Source of the DNA: Limisphaerales bacterium | GTDB lineage: Bacteria > Verrucomicrobiota > Verrucomicrobiia > Limisphaerales > JAJOIW01 | Length of the DNA: 64,000 bases | Direction: 5' to 3' | Assembly: GCA_965657355.1 (NCBI GenBank) | Contig: CBFHOE010000002.1 | Coordinates: 288,001-352,000 of the forward strand | Shown here: positions 33,637 through 43,891 of the stretch, one piece after another | Position numbering within the stretch: the stretch's first letter is position 1 | How the letters are laid out: each line of letters opens with the position of its first letter | The notes under the pieces: model-generated | Seen by the model: the letters and a program-made list of their open reading frames with translations, nothing else | Database searches by the model: none | Told to the model about the DNA's origin: nothing | Made by a program: the position numbers and the translations under genes

Positions 33637-34821
33637 TTATTCGTTAATGTCAGCGACACGACCAGCACCAATTGTCCTGCCACCTTCACGAATAGCGAAT
33701 CTTTGCCCTTTTTCCATAGCTATCGGAGCAATCACCTCGACATCCACAGAGACATTATCTCCAGGCATGACCATCTCAGTTCCTTCCGGCAGTGTTACAG
33801 AACCAGTTACGTCTGATGTGCGGAAGTAGAATTGTGGTCTGTAGTTGTTAAAGAATGGTGTGTGTCTACCACCCTCCTCCTTGGAGAGGACGTAAACCTC
33901 TGCGCTAAATTTCTTGTGAGGCTTGATCGAGCCAGGTGCGGCAAGAACCATACCACGCTGAACATCATCCTTTTTGATCCCGCGGAGAAGAACTCCAACG
34001 TTTTCACCGGCAGACGCTTCATCGAGCAACTTTCTAAACATTTCAATGTCTGTCACAGTGGTCTTGCGTGTTTCTTTCAAACCAACGATTTCCACTTCAG
34101 ACATTTTCTTGAGAACGCCTCGCTCTACTCTGCCAGTTACAACCGTACCACGTCCTTCAATGTTGAACACATCTTCGATGCACATTAGGAATGGCTTGTC
34201 CACCTCACGCTGAGGTAGTTCAATGTGGGAATCTAAAGCATTAAGGAGATTTTGGATAGCCTCCTCACCTTCTGGCTTGTGCTCCTGAGCAGCTGTGGCG
34301 CTACCACGCACAACAGGGCAGCCTTCAAATTGATATTTCTCCAAGATCTCAGTGACTTCCATTTCGACGAGGTCGAGAAGTTCATCATCATCAACGAGGT
34401 CGACTTTATTTAAGAAGACCACAATGGCAGGAACACCAACCTGACGAGCAAGAAGAACGTGCTCACGTGTCTGTGGCATTGGTCCGTCAGCAGCACTTAC
34501 GACAAGAATCGCACCATCCATCTGAGCAGCACCAGTAATCATGTTCTTGACGTAGTCCGCGTGACCTGGGCAGTCGACGTGGGCATAGTGACGAGATTCT
34601 GATTCATACTCGACGTGGGAGGCTGCGATAGTAACCGTTTTGGTTTCATCACGCACTGTTCCACCCTTGGTGATATCAGCATATGAAATTGCTGGTGCCA
34701 GACCCTTTTTATTTTGAACTTCGACAATAGCGGCTGTCAAAGTTGATTTGCCGTGGTCCACGTGGCCGATAGTTCCGACGTTTACGTGGGGTTTAGTACG
34801 CTCGAACGCTTCTTTTGCCAT
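33637..34821 (-). CDS. tuf: Elongation factor Tu
   Basis: [52 protein letters not shown]. Confidence 0.99.
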   Translation of the reverse strand: MAKEAFERTKPHVNVGTIGHVDHGKSTLTAAIVEVQNKKGLAPAISYADITKGGTVRDETKTVTIAASHVEYESESRHYAHVDCPGHADYVKNMITGAAQMDGAILVVSAADGPMPQTREHVLLARQVGVPAIVVFLNKVDLVDDDELLDLVEMEVTEILEKYQFEGCPVVRGSATAAQEHKPEGEEAIQNLLNALDSHIELPQREVDKPFLMCIEDVFNIEGRGTVVTGRVERGVLKKMSEVEIVGLKETRKTTVTDIEMFRKLLDEASAGENVGVLLRGIKKDDVQRGMVLAAPGSIKPHKKFSAEVYVLSKEEGGRHTPFFNNYRPQFYFRTSDVTGSVTLPEGTEMVMPGDNVSVDVEVIAPIAMEKGQRFAIREGGRTIGAGRVADINE

Positions 34822-34877
34822 TGCTTTTTCCTAATATAGGTATTTTGAGTATTTTTTAAGTAAATTCTAATTATTAA

Positions 34878-34953
34878 TGGAGCCCATGACCGGGCTTGAA
34901 CCGGTGACCTCATCCTTACCAAGGATGTGCTCTACCGACTGAGCTACATGGGC
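34878..34953 (-). tRNA. tRNA-Thr(GGT)
   Basis: GCCCATGTAGCTCAGTCGGTAGAGCACATCCT-TGGTAA-GGATG...GGTTCAAGCCC...TCCA; 76 nt. Confidence 0.97.
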
Positions 34954-35058
34954 GATAGGATGTGAACGTTTTAAGGCTCAACAACCAAGACCCCGGTGTG
35001 AAAACTCCACCACCCGAAGGTTTCCAATCCCTAAAGATTTTACTCCAAGGGAATGGAG

Positions 35059-35087
35059 TATTTATGGCCTTTTTAAATCATTGTCAA
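35059..35087 (-). promoter_or_regulatory. Probable promoter of the tRNA-Thr/tuf operon
   Basis: Perfect TTGACA (35087-35082), 17-nt spacer, TAAATA, with an A/T-rich UP-like tract upstream. Confidence 0.55.
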
Positions 35088-35117
35088 CGGGATTTTTAAT
35101 TTTTCTTAATTTTTTGA

Positions 35118-36056
35118 TTATTCAATTGAATCAACAACTTCTTGATAAGTTTTAAAGTGCCGCTTGCAAACGGATTCTAAGTTGCCAATTTCGCCCTGTT
35201 TCAAAACCTCCTGAGCAGCCATAAAAACCTGTTTTGAGGCACCTTTTGGGAGTTTTACCCCCAATTTTTCGGACAGACGATCCATTTCAGAGACAAATTT
35301 TCCTCTTGCACAAATTGAAGCAGTGGCCACCGCAATATCCGACTCAGCTTTTGTTTTTTGGATGAGCTGGATGGACTTAGCTTTCCCAAACAAAGCTTTC
35401 TCAACGACAGACTTTGATTTAGCGAATTGATCACTAAGGACGAATTCGGGACCAGGCAGTTCCGTGTTAATCTTTGCTAACACATTTTCAATAGCTCGTG
35501 CGTGCCCCCAGGCGAGCAGGCGATTTAAATTAGCAAACTTTTTGTAGAGTTTATTGTAAGCCGGATTGCCAATACAAACGGTATCAACGACACAGCCATC
35601 TGTTTTTTCAATGATTTTACAGAGCTCTTGTATCTTAGCCGCACTTTTTACATTTTTGGAGTCCTGCACCCCCGATTCATGAAGAATTCGGGCAGCGGGT
35701 TCGTTGAGGTAGGCGGCAGTAATGACCAGTGGGCCAAAGAAATCGCCCTTGCCGCTCTCATCGACTCCGATGTGAGGCTTTAATTGTTCAGGGTCATGCT
35801 CCAGCTCATAGCCTACAGTTGCTTTTTCTAGGATTTGAGGCTCTAAATAAAATTCAATAAATTCCCGGGTGCCTTTTCCTTGCAAAAGCAATTTACCAGA
35901 CTCGTATGATGAGACTACCAGGTCTGGCCCTTTTGCAGAAAAGAGAGTGTATTGAGGTGTAGAAATAACAAATCCACGATCAACCAAATATTCTCGAATT
36001 CTTTTTGATTGAGCTTTGGTGATAATGACAGTGTGACTTGTTAAAGTTTTAGACAT
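35118..36056 (-). CDS. rnhC: Ribonuclease HIII
   Basis: N-terminal TBP-like domain (YESGKLLLQGK), then HIGVDESGKGDFFGPLV, DSK, DQF, KAES..VATASICAR. Confidence 0.93.
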   Translation of the reverse strand: MSKTLTSHTVIITKAQSKRIREYLVDRGFVISTPQYTLFSAKGPDLVVSSYESGKLLLQGKGTREFIEFYLEPQILEKATVGYELEHDPEQLKPHIGVDESGKGDFFGPLVITAAYLNEPAARILHESGVQDSKNVKSAAKIQELCKIIEKTDGCVVDTVCIGNPAYNKLYKKFANLNRLLAWGHARAIENVLAKINTELPGPEFVLSDQFAKSKSVVEKALFGKAKSIQLIQKTKAESDIAVATASICARGKFVSEMDRLSEKLGVKLPKGASKQVFMAAQEVLKQGEIGNLESVCKRHFKTYQEVVDSIE

Positions 36057-36112
36057 CGAGCAATTGAATATTCAGCGAGATGAATAATTATTATCATGTT
36101 TAACCTCATGAG

Positions 36113-37243
36113 TTGAACAAATTTAGCAAGATAAACTTTTTAATGCAGAACGAACAAGCCAGCTACATGGCAAAACCCCTTCTTTCTTGGTATTCCCAAA
36201 ATGCTAGAGACTTGCCCTGGCGAAAAACCAAGGACCCATATGCCATATGGATTTCTGAGGTCATGCTTCAGCAAACACAGGTGGTCAAAGTCATAGATTA
36301 TTGGAATAGATGGATGAATTTGTTCCCATCCATTGCCGACTTGGCAAATGCCGACACAGAAAAGGTATTAAAAGCTTGGGAAGGACTGGGTTACTACACA
36401 AGGTGCAAAAATCTCATGAGAGCAGCGCAAGTCATCATGGAGGACTTTCGGGGCGAGTTTCCAAGCAAGCCAGAATCTATTTCAAGCTTACCTGGCATTG
36501 GGCCATACACAACAGGGGCGATAGGTAGTATTGCATTTAATCATTCACTTCCTTTAGTGGATGGAAATGTAGAAAGGATCATAACTAGATTTTTGGCAAT
36601 TGAGGAAGACATACGGCTTTCCAAAACAAAAGCGAAGATTTGGGACCATTGTGATGATTTGATTAAATTTATTACCAATTCAGAGTTAGTGAATAGGGAG
36701 GATATATTTGGAAATATGAATCAAGCCCTTATGGAGCTTGGAGCCACGATATGCTTACCTAAGAAACCAGATTGTAAACGATGCCCGATCTCGCTGAATT
36801 GCATTGCATTCGAAAAAAAACTACAGAACAAATTGCCGGTTAAGTCGAAAACCCAAAAAATAAAAAATATATTTTCAACATCCTGGGTTCTTATTTGGAA
36901 TGATAAAATCATCATTGAGAAGGCCTCCGATAAAGAGTGGAATTCAGGTCTTTATCGATTTCCTACGGTTGAAGAAAGGGAAAGACACGGACCACTGGAA
37001 CAGTTATTTGAAAAACAGTGGAATTTTATACCGTCAAATGAACTGGTTATCGTTGGAAACTTGCGTCATGCAATAACCCACCACCGCATCCGTATTCGAG
37101 TCGTAAAAATCGCCCTGACATCAAAAGAAACAAAGAACCTAGCAAACGATAGCAATGAATGGGCGACTTTGAATAAAATTAAAGATCTTCCATTTTCTGG
37201 GGCTAACTTAAAAATACTTAACACAATTGACAATACTCTGTGA
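36113..37243 (+). CDS. mutY: A/G-specific adenine glycosylase
   Basis: RDLPWR, SEVMLQQTQV, WEGLGYY, HhH LPGIGPYT, VDGNV, [4Fe-4S] motif CLPKKPDCKRCPISLNC. Confidence 0.96.
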   Translation: MNKFSKINFLMQNEQASYMAKPLLSWYSQNARDLPWRKTKDPYAIWISEVMLQQTQVVKVIDYWNRWMNLFPSIADLANADTEKVLKAWEGLGYYTRCKNLMRAAQVIMEDFRGEFPSKPESISSLPGIGPYTTGAIGSIAFNHSLPLVDGNVERIITRFLAIEEDIRLSKTKAKIWDHCDDLIKFITNSELVNREDIFGNMNQALMELGATICLPKKPDCKRCPISLNCIAFEKKLQNKLPVKSKTQKIKNIFSTSWVLIWNDKIIIEKASDKEWNSGLYRFPTVEERERHGPLEQLFEKQWNFIPSNELVIVGNLRHAITHHRIRIRVVKIALTSKETKNLANDSNEWATLNKIKDLPFSGANLKILNTIDNTL

Positions 37244-37453
37244 GGAATATCTGATTCACACATTAGAGATAAAATTTTTTTGTGATAACTACATCTACAA
37301 CGCCTTCCCTGAGACCGAGTTCCTGACATCATTTGTTTTGATCTCAATTCGGCATCATATCTGTAACAAAAACCTCGTGTGTCTACGGCCTCAAATTGCC
37401 CCCCAATAGTGTAAACCGAAAAGCAAGGTGTGGCTGTTGTTTAAAAGAGCGCT

Positions 37454-38920
37454 TTAAATGATCTGCTTTATGACACTGCCAAAATCAGATTCAAGACGCT
37501 TATGACCAGAAACCTCCAAACTATGTGCGCTCAAGCCTAATTGGTGAAGAAGGGTGGCGTGTATGTCCGTGACATAATGTGGGTTGTCTTCAGCATGAAA
37601 ACCCAACTCATCCGTTGAACCATGGACGACACCTCCCCTTACACCTCCCCCGGCCATCCAAACTGAAAACCCATAGGGATGGTGGTCTCTTCCGTCGCCA
37701 TTTTGTGACCCTGGTGTTCGACCGAACTCGGTCGCAAAAACCACAATTGTTTCATCTAACAGTCCTCTTTGCTTAAGGTCTTTCAGTAATCCTGCGACCG
37801 GCTTATCAACCTGGGCAGATAATTTGGAGTGGTTACTTTTAAGACTACTGTGAGCATCCCAAGCGCCAGCAGCCCCGTCACCATGCATAATCTGGACGAA
37901 TCGGACCCCCTTTTCTACTAACCTACGCGCGCACAACAGTTGTTTACCAAATGGTTTTGTAGTGTCTTTATCCAACCCGTAAAGGTCAGAAGTAGCTTTG
38001 GATTCACCACTAATGTCAAGAGTATCAGGAATGGAGGACTGCATATTAAATGCGAGCTCATAGGAGCGAATTCTCGCCTCCAATATTTTATCATTTATGT
38101 TTTGAGCACGGGCAATTTTATTCAGTCTATTGATTAACGCGAAACTGACACTCTGCTCATGATGAGAGAGATCTCCATTAGGCTTTGCAAATGCAAGGGG
38201 TTCATCGGCATTAACGTCTAATGGGACAGCATCGTATGCAGGCCCAAGATAATGGCCGTCACGCTTATCAAAGAAACGAGGCCCCATCGTTATGAATTTC
38301 GGTAGATTATCATTTAGTGAGCCTAATCCGTAACTTATCCAGGCCCCTATGGTTGGCACCCTGACGTCTAACATATGACGGCCTGAATGAAACTGCACCT
38401 GCGCACCATGATTATCATCTGTTGTCCACATCGACCTGATGAAAGAAATATCATCAGCACACGAACCAATATGAGGAAACCAATCACTGACAGGAATCCC
38501 GGATTGCCCATATTTTTTAAAGCCTATTTGATTGGGATATATTTTGTTTCTCTGTTGACCATTGGCATCGTTGACAACTACGACCCGCACCTTTTTCAAT
38601 TTCTCAGGATCTTGAACGCTCATGAATGGGGTCTCGGATATCGTCTTTCCGGCATATTTATCGAGAGCAGGCTTTGGGTCAAAACTTTCCATGTGGCTCA
38701 CTCCGCCTCGCATAAAAAGCCATATCACATTTTTTGCTTTTGGCTTAAATTGAGGGAGCCCATTTATCCTGAAGGGTGAGGAATTCGCGGCGGCCTTATA
38801 TCGCTCTTCCATCAGAAGGGATTCCAATGCAATCCCCCCGAAACCTAGACCCAACCTATTAATAAAATCCCGTCTTTTCATAACACCAAATGTTCGTTCT
38901 TTGAGTCTGATGGATTTCAT
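37454..38920 (-). CDS. DUF1501 family protein (Tat-type RR signal)
   Basis: [62 protein letters not shown] overlap with the upstream gene. Confidence 0.92.
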   Translation of the reverse strand: MKSIRLKERTFGVMKRRDFINRLGLGFGGIALESLLMEERYKAAANSSPFRINGLPQFKPKAKNVIWLFMRGGVSHMESFDPKPALDKYAGKTISETPFMSVQDPEKLKKVRVVVVNDANGQQRNKIYPNQIGFKKYGQSGIPVSDWFPHIGSCADDISFIRSMWTTDDNHGAQVQFHSGRHMLDVRVPTIGAWISYGLGSLNDNLPKFITMGPRFFDKRDGHYLGPAYDAVPLDVNADEPLAFAKPNGDLSHHEQSVSFALINRLNKIARAQNINDKILEARIRSYELAFNMQSSIPDTLDISGESKATSDLYGLDKDTTKPFGKQLLCARRLVEKGVRFVQIMHGDGAAGAWDAHSSLKSNHSKLSAQVDKPVAGLLKDLKQRGLLDETIVVFATEFGRTPGSQNGDGRDHHPYGFSVWMAGGGVRGGVVHGSTDELGFHAEDNPHYVTDIHATLLHQLGLSAHSLEVSGHKRLESDFGSVIKQII

Positions 38921-41514
38921 TTTATCGATATAAACTCATGATGGTTGATAAGGGCATGAACTAAAATTGTTTTCTGACGTTCCATGTTAACATCCTGTAA
39001 AAGTTGTCGGCTAACCTGGATTTCTTGAACTGATGGAGATCTTCCCAAGATAAGGTTGAAAGCTCTTTTTATATATGCTTCGTCAAGCGCGCCACCACGT
39101 GGATGACCAATACGCTTAGCAATTTTTCCAGCCATACTGAGAGCGAGCTGACTATTAATTAATGCCAATGCTTGTTGAGGTAAAACAGACTCTTCTCGAC
39201 GGTAGCACGATTCAATATCCGCATCATCAAACTGAACAAGAAACTTGTTCTGGTCATCACGGGAATGTTTAAAGTATATACTGCGACGGTATGGACCTTT
39301 CGCAGGATTTGAATCTAGGGATGGTCCTCCAATGCTTAAATCAATTTCCCCTGCTAGATGAAGAATGGAATCACGCAACACTTGGGATTCCACACGGCGG
39401 GATGGCTTGCGCCAGAAAAACGAATTTTTTTTATCAGAACGATTGGTTTCTTTTTCAGAATGAGTTGCCACGCTTTTTCGTTTCCACGCCTTGCACGTCA
39501 TAATTAGTCGATGCAGCCTTTTCATCTTCCAGCCATTTACGATTAAATCTGAAGATAAAAAATCCAAGAGGTCTTTCATTTCTGGAGGGGAAGACCGCCT
39601 ACCAAAATCGGAAACCGTTGAGACTAATGGCTTCCCAAAGTGCCTCATCCAAACGTGATTCACCGCCACTCGGGCTGTAAGAGGGTTATTTTTATTAGTC
39701 ATCCACTCTGTCAGAGCTCTCCTCCGCCCAGTAGAAAACGAGGGATATGGAGCGGTTTGAGACTCGAGCTCCTCTGCCGGCGATTCTAAAGCCTTTCTCG
39801 ATGCAATTAGTCGTGGGTAGCTAGCCACCATACCGGACGACCTCAATTCATCTAATTCATTCAATTTACTTTGCTCTTGGCGGTGTAAATTTTCCAAGTC
39901 TTTAGACTCTTTTGTGTTTGAGATCGCCAATCTGATTTTTGCAATTTCCCATTGGACCTTTGATATTAGATATTTGGCATACGCTTTTTTCGCATTTTCT
40001 ATTAGATTACTTTTTGAGGAATCATGACTGTCATCATGCCCGATTTTGTCTGCAAGAAAACGTGAATTTATAAATGCTATTTCCGTCTCAAAGAAATGAA
40101 TCCTAGAAAGAATTTCGCGACGAGCATCAGCAGAGCCCTTCATACTTAAATCATTTTGGGCAAGCTCAATTTTTTTGCGGCTCAAACTTACCAAGTCATC
40201 AATGACATATTGTCTTGAATAAGGACGGTAGGATTGTCTAGGGAGTTGAATCTCTCTAGGCTTAAAAGCATCAACCATTCCATTGACCTCAAAAAGTGCC
40301 GGTTTAATAACTTCAGATTCATTAAAGTGTTTTTCATTACCCTTAATGTGAAGCCATGTGGGTTGCCCCGGATGAGCATCATATACCCTGGGTATACCAT
40401 TTTCTTCAATTGAGGCATAACCAGGAATCGGATCTAGACGAACCTGGTGTGGCTCAAATATGGCTCTTATTTGGTAATAGGATTTCTGGGAGATGGGATC
40501 ATATTTATGGTCGTGGCATTTGGCACAATTTAAGGTGAGCCCTAAAAAACCTTTACCCACATGTTCAATAGTTTTATCCAACCACGTTGTTCTGTTAAAT
40601 AAGTAATAATTTCGAGCCAAGTATCCTGTCGCTCTGAGTTTATCCTGATCATTGGGATAGATCTCATCTGCAGCAAGCATTTGCCGTATCATTTCATCGT
40701 AACCAATATCTTCGTTAAGTGATTCGATAATCCAGTCCCTCCAATGCCAAATATGTTTTTGTGAATTCCTCAATTGTGATCCCAGACCATACCAATCAGA
40801 ATACCTCCATATATCCATCCAATGTCGCCCCCATCGCTCTCCGTAGTGAGGGCTCGCTAGAAGTTTATCCATCAATCGCTCCCACCTATCATCAATAGAT
40901 TGTGAGAAGAACCACTGGTAGTCGGATTCCAGAGGGGGCAAACCAATGAGATCATAGTAAGCTCGGCGCACAAGCTGCCTCTCCGTCTCCATTCCCACTG
41001 GGCGAACATCATGCGATTGGTGATACAATGATAAGATGACATCAATAGGATTCGCTCCTTTGGCATCAAAATTTGCGGATTGGATGTTGGTTTTAATAGG
41101 CAAAAAAGCCCAATGACTTTGAGGATCCTGCTCAGGCTTTTCGGAGGCGAAAGAAGGACTTCCTGATTGGATCCAAGCTATCATGGCTTTTACAAATTCC
41201 TTATCAACGGCCTGCCCTTCAGGAGGCATGCGGCTATCCAAGTCAGAAGTCGTGAGGCGAGAAATTAGCTCACTGTCTTTTGGTGATAAGGAATTAAGAA
41301 TGACACCATTTTTCCCGCCAGCTTTTATAAATTCAGCAGTATCCAGTCTTAAACCAGCTTTTTGCTTTAGGGCCCCGTGGCAGGAATAACACCTGGATTT
41401 TAAAACAGGTTTAATTTTATCAAAATAGACGTTAGAGCGTGCCTTTGCAAAACTCAAAGCCACAAGAAATACACAAAGATACCCCCACTTAATGAGCTTT
41501 GGAATCATGCCCAT
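38917..41514 (-). CDS. Planctomycete-type cytochrome c domain protein with DUF1549 and DUF1553 domains
   Basis: Signal peptide, [58 protein letters not shown]. Confidence 0.92.
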   Translation of the reverse strand: MGMIPKLIKWGYLCVFLVALSFAKARSNVYFDKIKPVLKSRCYSCHGALKQKAGLRLDTAEFIKAGGKNGVILNSLSPKDSELISRLTTSDLDSRMPPEGQAVDKEFVKAMIAWIQSGSPSFASEKPEQDPQSHWAFLPIKTNIQSANFDAKGANPIDVILSLYHQSHDVRPVGMETERQLVRRAYYDLIGLPPLESDYQWFFSQSIDDRWERLMDKLLASPHYGERWGRHWMDIWRYSDWYGLGSQLRNSQKHIWHWRDWIIESLNEDIGYDEMIRQMLAADEIYPNDQDKLRATGYLARNYYLFNRTTWLDKTIEHVGKGFLGLTLNCAKCHDHKYDPISQKSYYQIRAIFEPHQVRLDPIPGYASIEENGIPRVYDAHPGQPTWLHIKGNEKHFNESEVIKPALFEVNGMVDAFKPREIQLPRQSYRPYSRQYVIDDLVSLSRKKIELAQNDLSMKGSADARREILSRIHFFETEIAFINSRFLADKIGHDDSHDSSKSNLIENAKKAYAKYLISKVQWEIAKIRLAISNTKESKDLENLHRQEQSKLNELDELRSSGMVASYPRLIASRKALESPAEELESQTAPYPSFSTGRRRALTEWMTNKNNPLTARVAVNHVWMRHFGKPLVSTVSDFGRRSSPPEMKDLLDFLSSDLIVNGWKMKRLHRLIMTCKAWKRKSVATHSEKETNRSDKKNSFFWRKPSRRVESQVLRDSILHLAGEIDLSIGGPSLDSNPAKGPYRRSIYFKHSRDDQNKFLVQFDDADIESCYRREESVLPQQALALINSQLALSMAGKIAKRIGHPRGGALDEAYIKRAFNLILGRSPSVQEIQVSRQLLQDVNMERQKTILVHALINHHEFISIK

Positions 41515-41596
41515 GGACTAACATTTTAGAGCTCCTTTAACAAGCTCAGGAAATTGTTGATCTCAGGTCCAGAAAAGCAGGTGAACTCGCTTGTTA

Positions 41597-42319
41597 TTAG
41601 GATTGCATGAGAGAGGAGACCTCACTGGGCTGCAAGACTCTCCATTTACCAGGCTTCAGGTCACCTATAGAAATTGGACCTATTTGAATGCGTCGAAGAT
41701 TTTCAATCTTTAAATTAAGTTGCTTCATCATTCTCCGAATTTCTCGATTTTTCCCCTCAGCAAGTTCGATTTCGAGGAGACTCCCCGCAAAATCCTTGGC
41801 TAGGACTTTGCACGCATGGGCTTTGAGAATATCATCCCCAACCCGCATACCCTGAATAAGAGGCTTCAAATCTCTGTTCTCAACTTTTCCTTTCACTGTC
41901 ACCCGGTATTTTTTGATGACCCCGTATCGAGGATGGGTCACTTTGAGGCAAAAATCACCGTCGTTTGTCATGAGAATGAGCCCCTCGGATTCTCTATCCA
42001 ATCGTCCAACAGGGTAAAGGTCACCCCATTCCTGCGGCAAAAGATCAGATAGAATAGACCTACCCATTTCGTCAGATTTCGTACTCACGACCCCTCTGGG
42101 CTTATGGACGGCAACGTGCCTCCTCGTTTTCTTTTTAATCTCATTTCCGTCTAATGTGACGTTGTCGACCAAAGGCAGAACTGGGGTACCAGGTTTGAAT
42201 ATGACCTTGCCATTAATGGCTACCCTGCCCTGCTCCACCAGCTTTTCTCCAGCCCGCCTGGAGCACGCTCCAGCGTCTGATAGATATTTTTGAATCCTTA
42301 CTGTTTTTTGGTCTCCCAT
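41597..42319 (-). CDS. rRNA pseudouridine synthase, RsuA/RluB family
   Basis: N-terminal S4 domain (RIQKYLSDAG.CSRR), HKPRG, catalytic VGRLDRESEGL, EGKNREIRRM. Confidence 0.92.
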   Translation of the reverse strand: MGDQKTVRIQKYLSDAGACSRRAGEKLVEQGRVAINGKVIFKPGTPVLPLVDNVTLDGNEIKKKTRRHVAVHKPRGVVSTKSDEMGRSILSDLLPQEWGDLYPVGRLDRESEGLILMTNDGDFCLKVTHPRYGVIKKYRVTVKGKVENRDLKPLIQGMRVGDDILKAHACKVLAKDFAGSLLEIELAEGKNREIRRMMKQLNLKIENLRRIQIGPISIGDLKPGKWRVLQPSEVSSLMQS

Positions 42320-42387
42320 TTTTTGATACTTGAAAGCTAAATAAATGGTCTATTTTAACGCCGCTCAAAACTTTGCTTAAAAATAAC

Positions 42388-42422
42388 AAAAAAGTAGGAC
42401 CAGATGATTACCTGGCCCCACT
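42388..42422 (-). terminator. Intrinsic terminator after the PVC small basic protein
   Basis: Minus strand AGTGGGGCCAGG...TCTGGTCCTAC (with G-U pairs), followed by T6. Confidence 0.7.
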
Positions 42423-42450
42423 AAAAATTTTGATAGCGTGTATGTGCTGA

Positions 42451-42603
42451 TTATTCAGGTTTGGTTTTACGCAGGCCAGTCACTTTGTCGCCGGCTTTCC
42501 ATTGACCACGTTTGCGCAGCAATTCAACTCGTTCGAATCGCTTTAGGACACTTCTTTTGCCGCCCAAAGTTGAGGCACCTCTTAGACTTCTATGTTGTGA
42601 CAT
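42451..42603 (-). CDS. PVC-superphylum signature small basic protein (Chlamydiae/Verrucomicrobia/Planctomycetes, TIGR04137-like), 50 aa; missed by the ORF track
   Basis: Manual translation: MSQHRSLRGASTLGGKRSVLKRFERVELLRKRGQWKAGDKVTGLRKTKPE*. GGAG Shine-Dalgarno upstream and terminator downstream. Confidence 0.92.
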   Translation of the reverse strand: MSQHRSLRGASTLGGKRSVLKRFERVELLRKRGQWKAGDKVTGLRKTKPE

Positions 42604-42666
42604 ATTTTTTCTCCAAAAATTGGACTGTGAAAAATATCAAATGGTGCAAATTGATCAAGCTAAATA

Positions 42667-43209
42667 TTAAGAATCATCTCCATCCTGATTTTCGGCCTCA
42701 TCTCGGCTCAAATTAGGACGATCCAGACTCTCGATGACAACAGATTGGTAATATCCAGCCAATTCCAGCAGTAGAAATAATTGAGCCTGTTGCATGGATT
42801 CTTCTGGGATCTCATCTTGGATGAGTTTTTCGAGATTTTCCTTATCTTCAGGGCCAGGGCTACCCAATAGTTGCCAGGAGCTTATTCGGATGTCATTTAA
42901 GATCTGGAGCAACCATTCAACTTTATCCAGTCCGAGTCTTAAAAAATTTTGGCCATCTTCTTCATAAAATGTCACTGGAGAGTTGAGAAATGTGTCTAGA
43001 GTTGATTGCAGAGACTGACGCTCTGAATCCAGGCTTTCTTCTAAAAACTTCCTGTCCTCTTCCAATTCTCCTTCATGATCATTTTTAGAGAGCGTGACTT
43101 TCCATTTTGATGGAAGGGGAAAACAATTGAGAATGCTGAGCAGTTGGTCCTTACCACTGGGATGAAAACGAAAGGTGATTCTTTGATCTGTTTTTTCAAC
43201 TAATTCCAC
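42667..43209 (-). CDS. DUF2017-like protein (usual downstream neighbour of clpS)
   Basis: WLLQILNDIRISSWQLLG resembles the DUF2017 core 'W...LNDxR...LG'; immediately downstream of clpS. Confidence 0.65.
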   Translation of the reverse strand: MELVEKTDQRITFRFHPSGKDQLLSILNCFPLPSKWKVTLSKNDHEGELEEDRKFLEESLDSERQSLQSTLDTFLNSPVTFYEEDGQNFLRLGLDKVEWLLQILNDIRISSWQLLGSPGPEDKENLEKLIQDEIPEESMQQAQLFLLLELAGYYQSVVIESLDRPNLSRDEAENQDGDDS

Positions 43210-43287
43210 GAGTTTCCGATGGGAGTTGTTAAATTAAGAAAATGACGGTAATGGCTATTATGTAAAAAAGAAATCAAATAGTGCGGC

Positions 43288-43632
43288 CTACTCCTTCTCC
43301 AGGGTAGCCGTCAGCCTATACTGTTGCAGCTGGTGTACGTAATGCTCGGCCCGTTCTAACGTCTCACGTGTGAGCACACTTTTGCCGTTACTATGAACTT
43401 CTAGCATGTGTTTTTCCGCTCTCTTCCTGTCCCATCCGAAAACCTTCTGAAAAACGTGTGTGACGTAATTCATCAAATTGACGGGATCATCCCAGCATAT
43501 GACTAGATATGAAGGCGCTAGCTCCTTTTGTTCTAAAATTAGAGTATTTGTATCCTTGTTAGGACTGGACCATTGGTCAGAATCTTTGTGGCACTTTTGT
43601 GAATAAACAGCACTCATCTTAATCTCACTCAT
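43288..43632 (-). CDS. clpS: ATP-dependent Clp protease adaptor ClpS
   Basis: VICWDDPVNLMNYVTHVFQKVFG, MLEVHSNGKS, AEHYVHQLQ, LTATLE. Confidence 0.93.
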   Translation of the reverse strand: MSEIKMSAVYSQKCHKDSDQWSSPNKDTNTLILEQKELAPSYLVICWDDPVNLMNYVTHVFQKVFGWDRKRAEKHMLEVHSNGKSVLTRETLERAEHYVHQLQQYRLTATLEKE

Positions 43633-43891
43633 AAGAAATTAAACTCCAGCATGTGTGTCATTTCTTCACAGCTTACTCAACTGTTATTCCCATTCAATAT
43701 TTAAAATTTTAAAAAAACGGCCATAAATAGGCTAGAAATGGAATATTTATGGGATTAACAGTTGTTAATAACTTGTCATTGATTGAAGTTTAGTTGATTA
43801 TGCCCGCGACGAGTTGTTCCCAACCACAAGCTTGAAACTTTCAGTTACGTGGTTGCGTTCCCTGTACACTACAAATTTAGAGCCTTGCTGA

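Noticed and set aside
3738..34727. Numerous plus-strand and alternate-frame ORFs of 60-190 aa overlapping r-protein, rpoBC, fusA and tuf genes
   Set aside because: Antisense or frame shadows of highly conserved genes, with no recognisable motifs.
3323..34821. Complete lack of Shine-Dalgarno usage
   Set aside because: Several genes have only A-rich leaders, but rplP, rpsH, rpmC and tuf have GGAG/AGGA motifs, so usage is mixed.
42438..42716. Plus-strand 92-aa ORF in the track
   Set aside because: Antisense shadow of the real 50-aa PVC signature protein on the minus strand.
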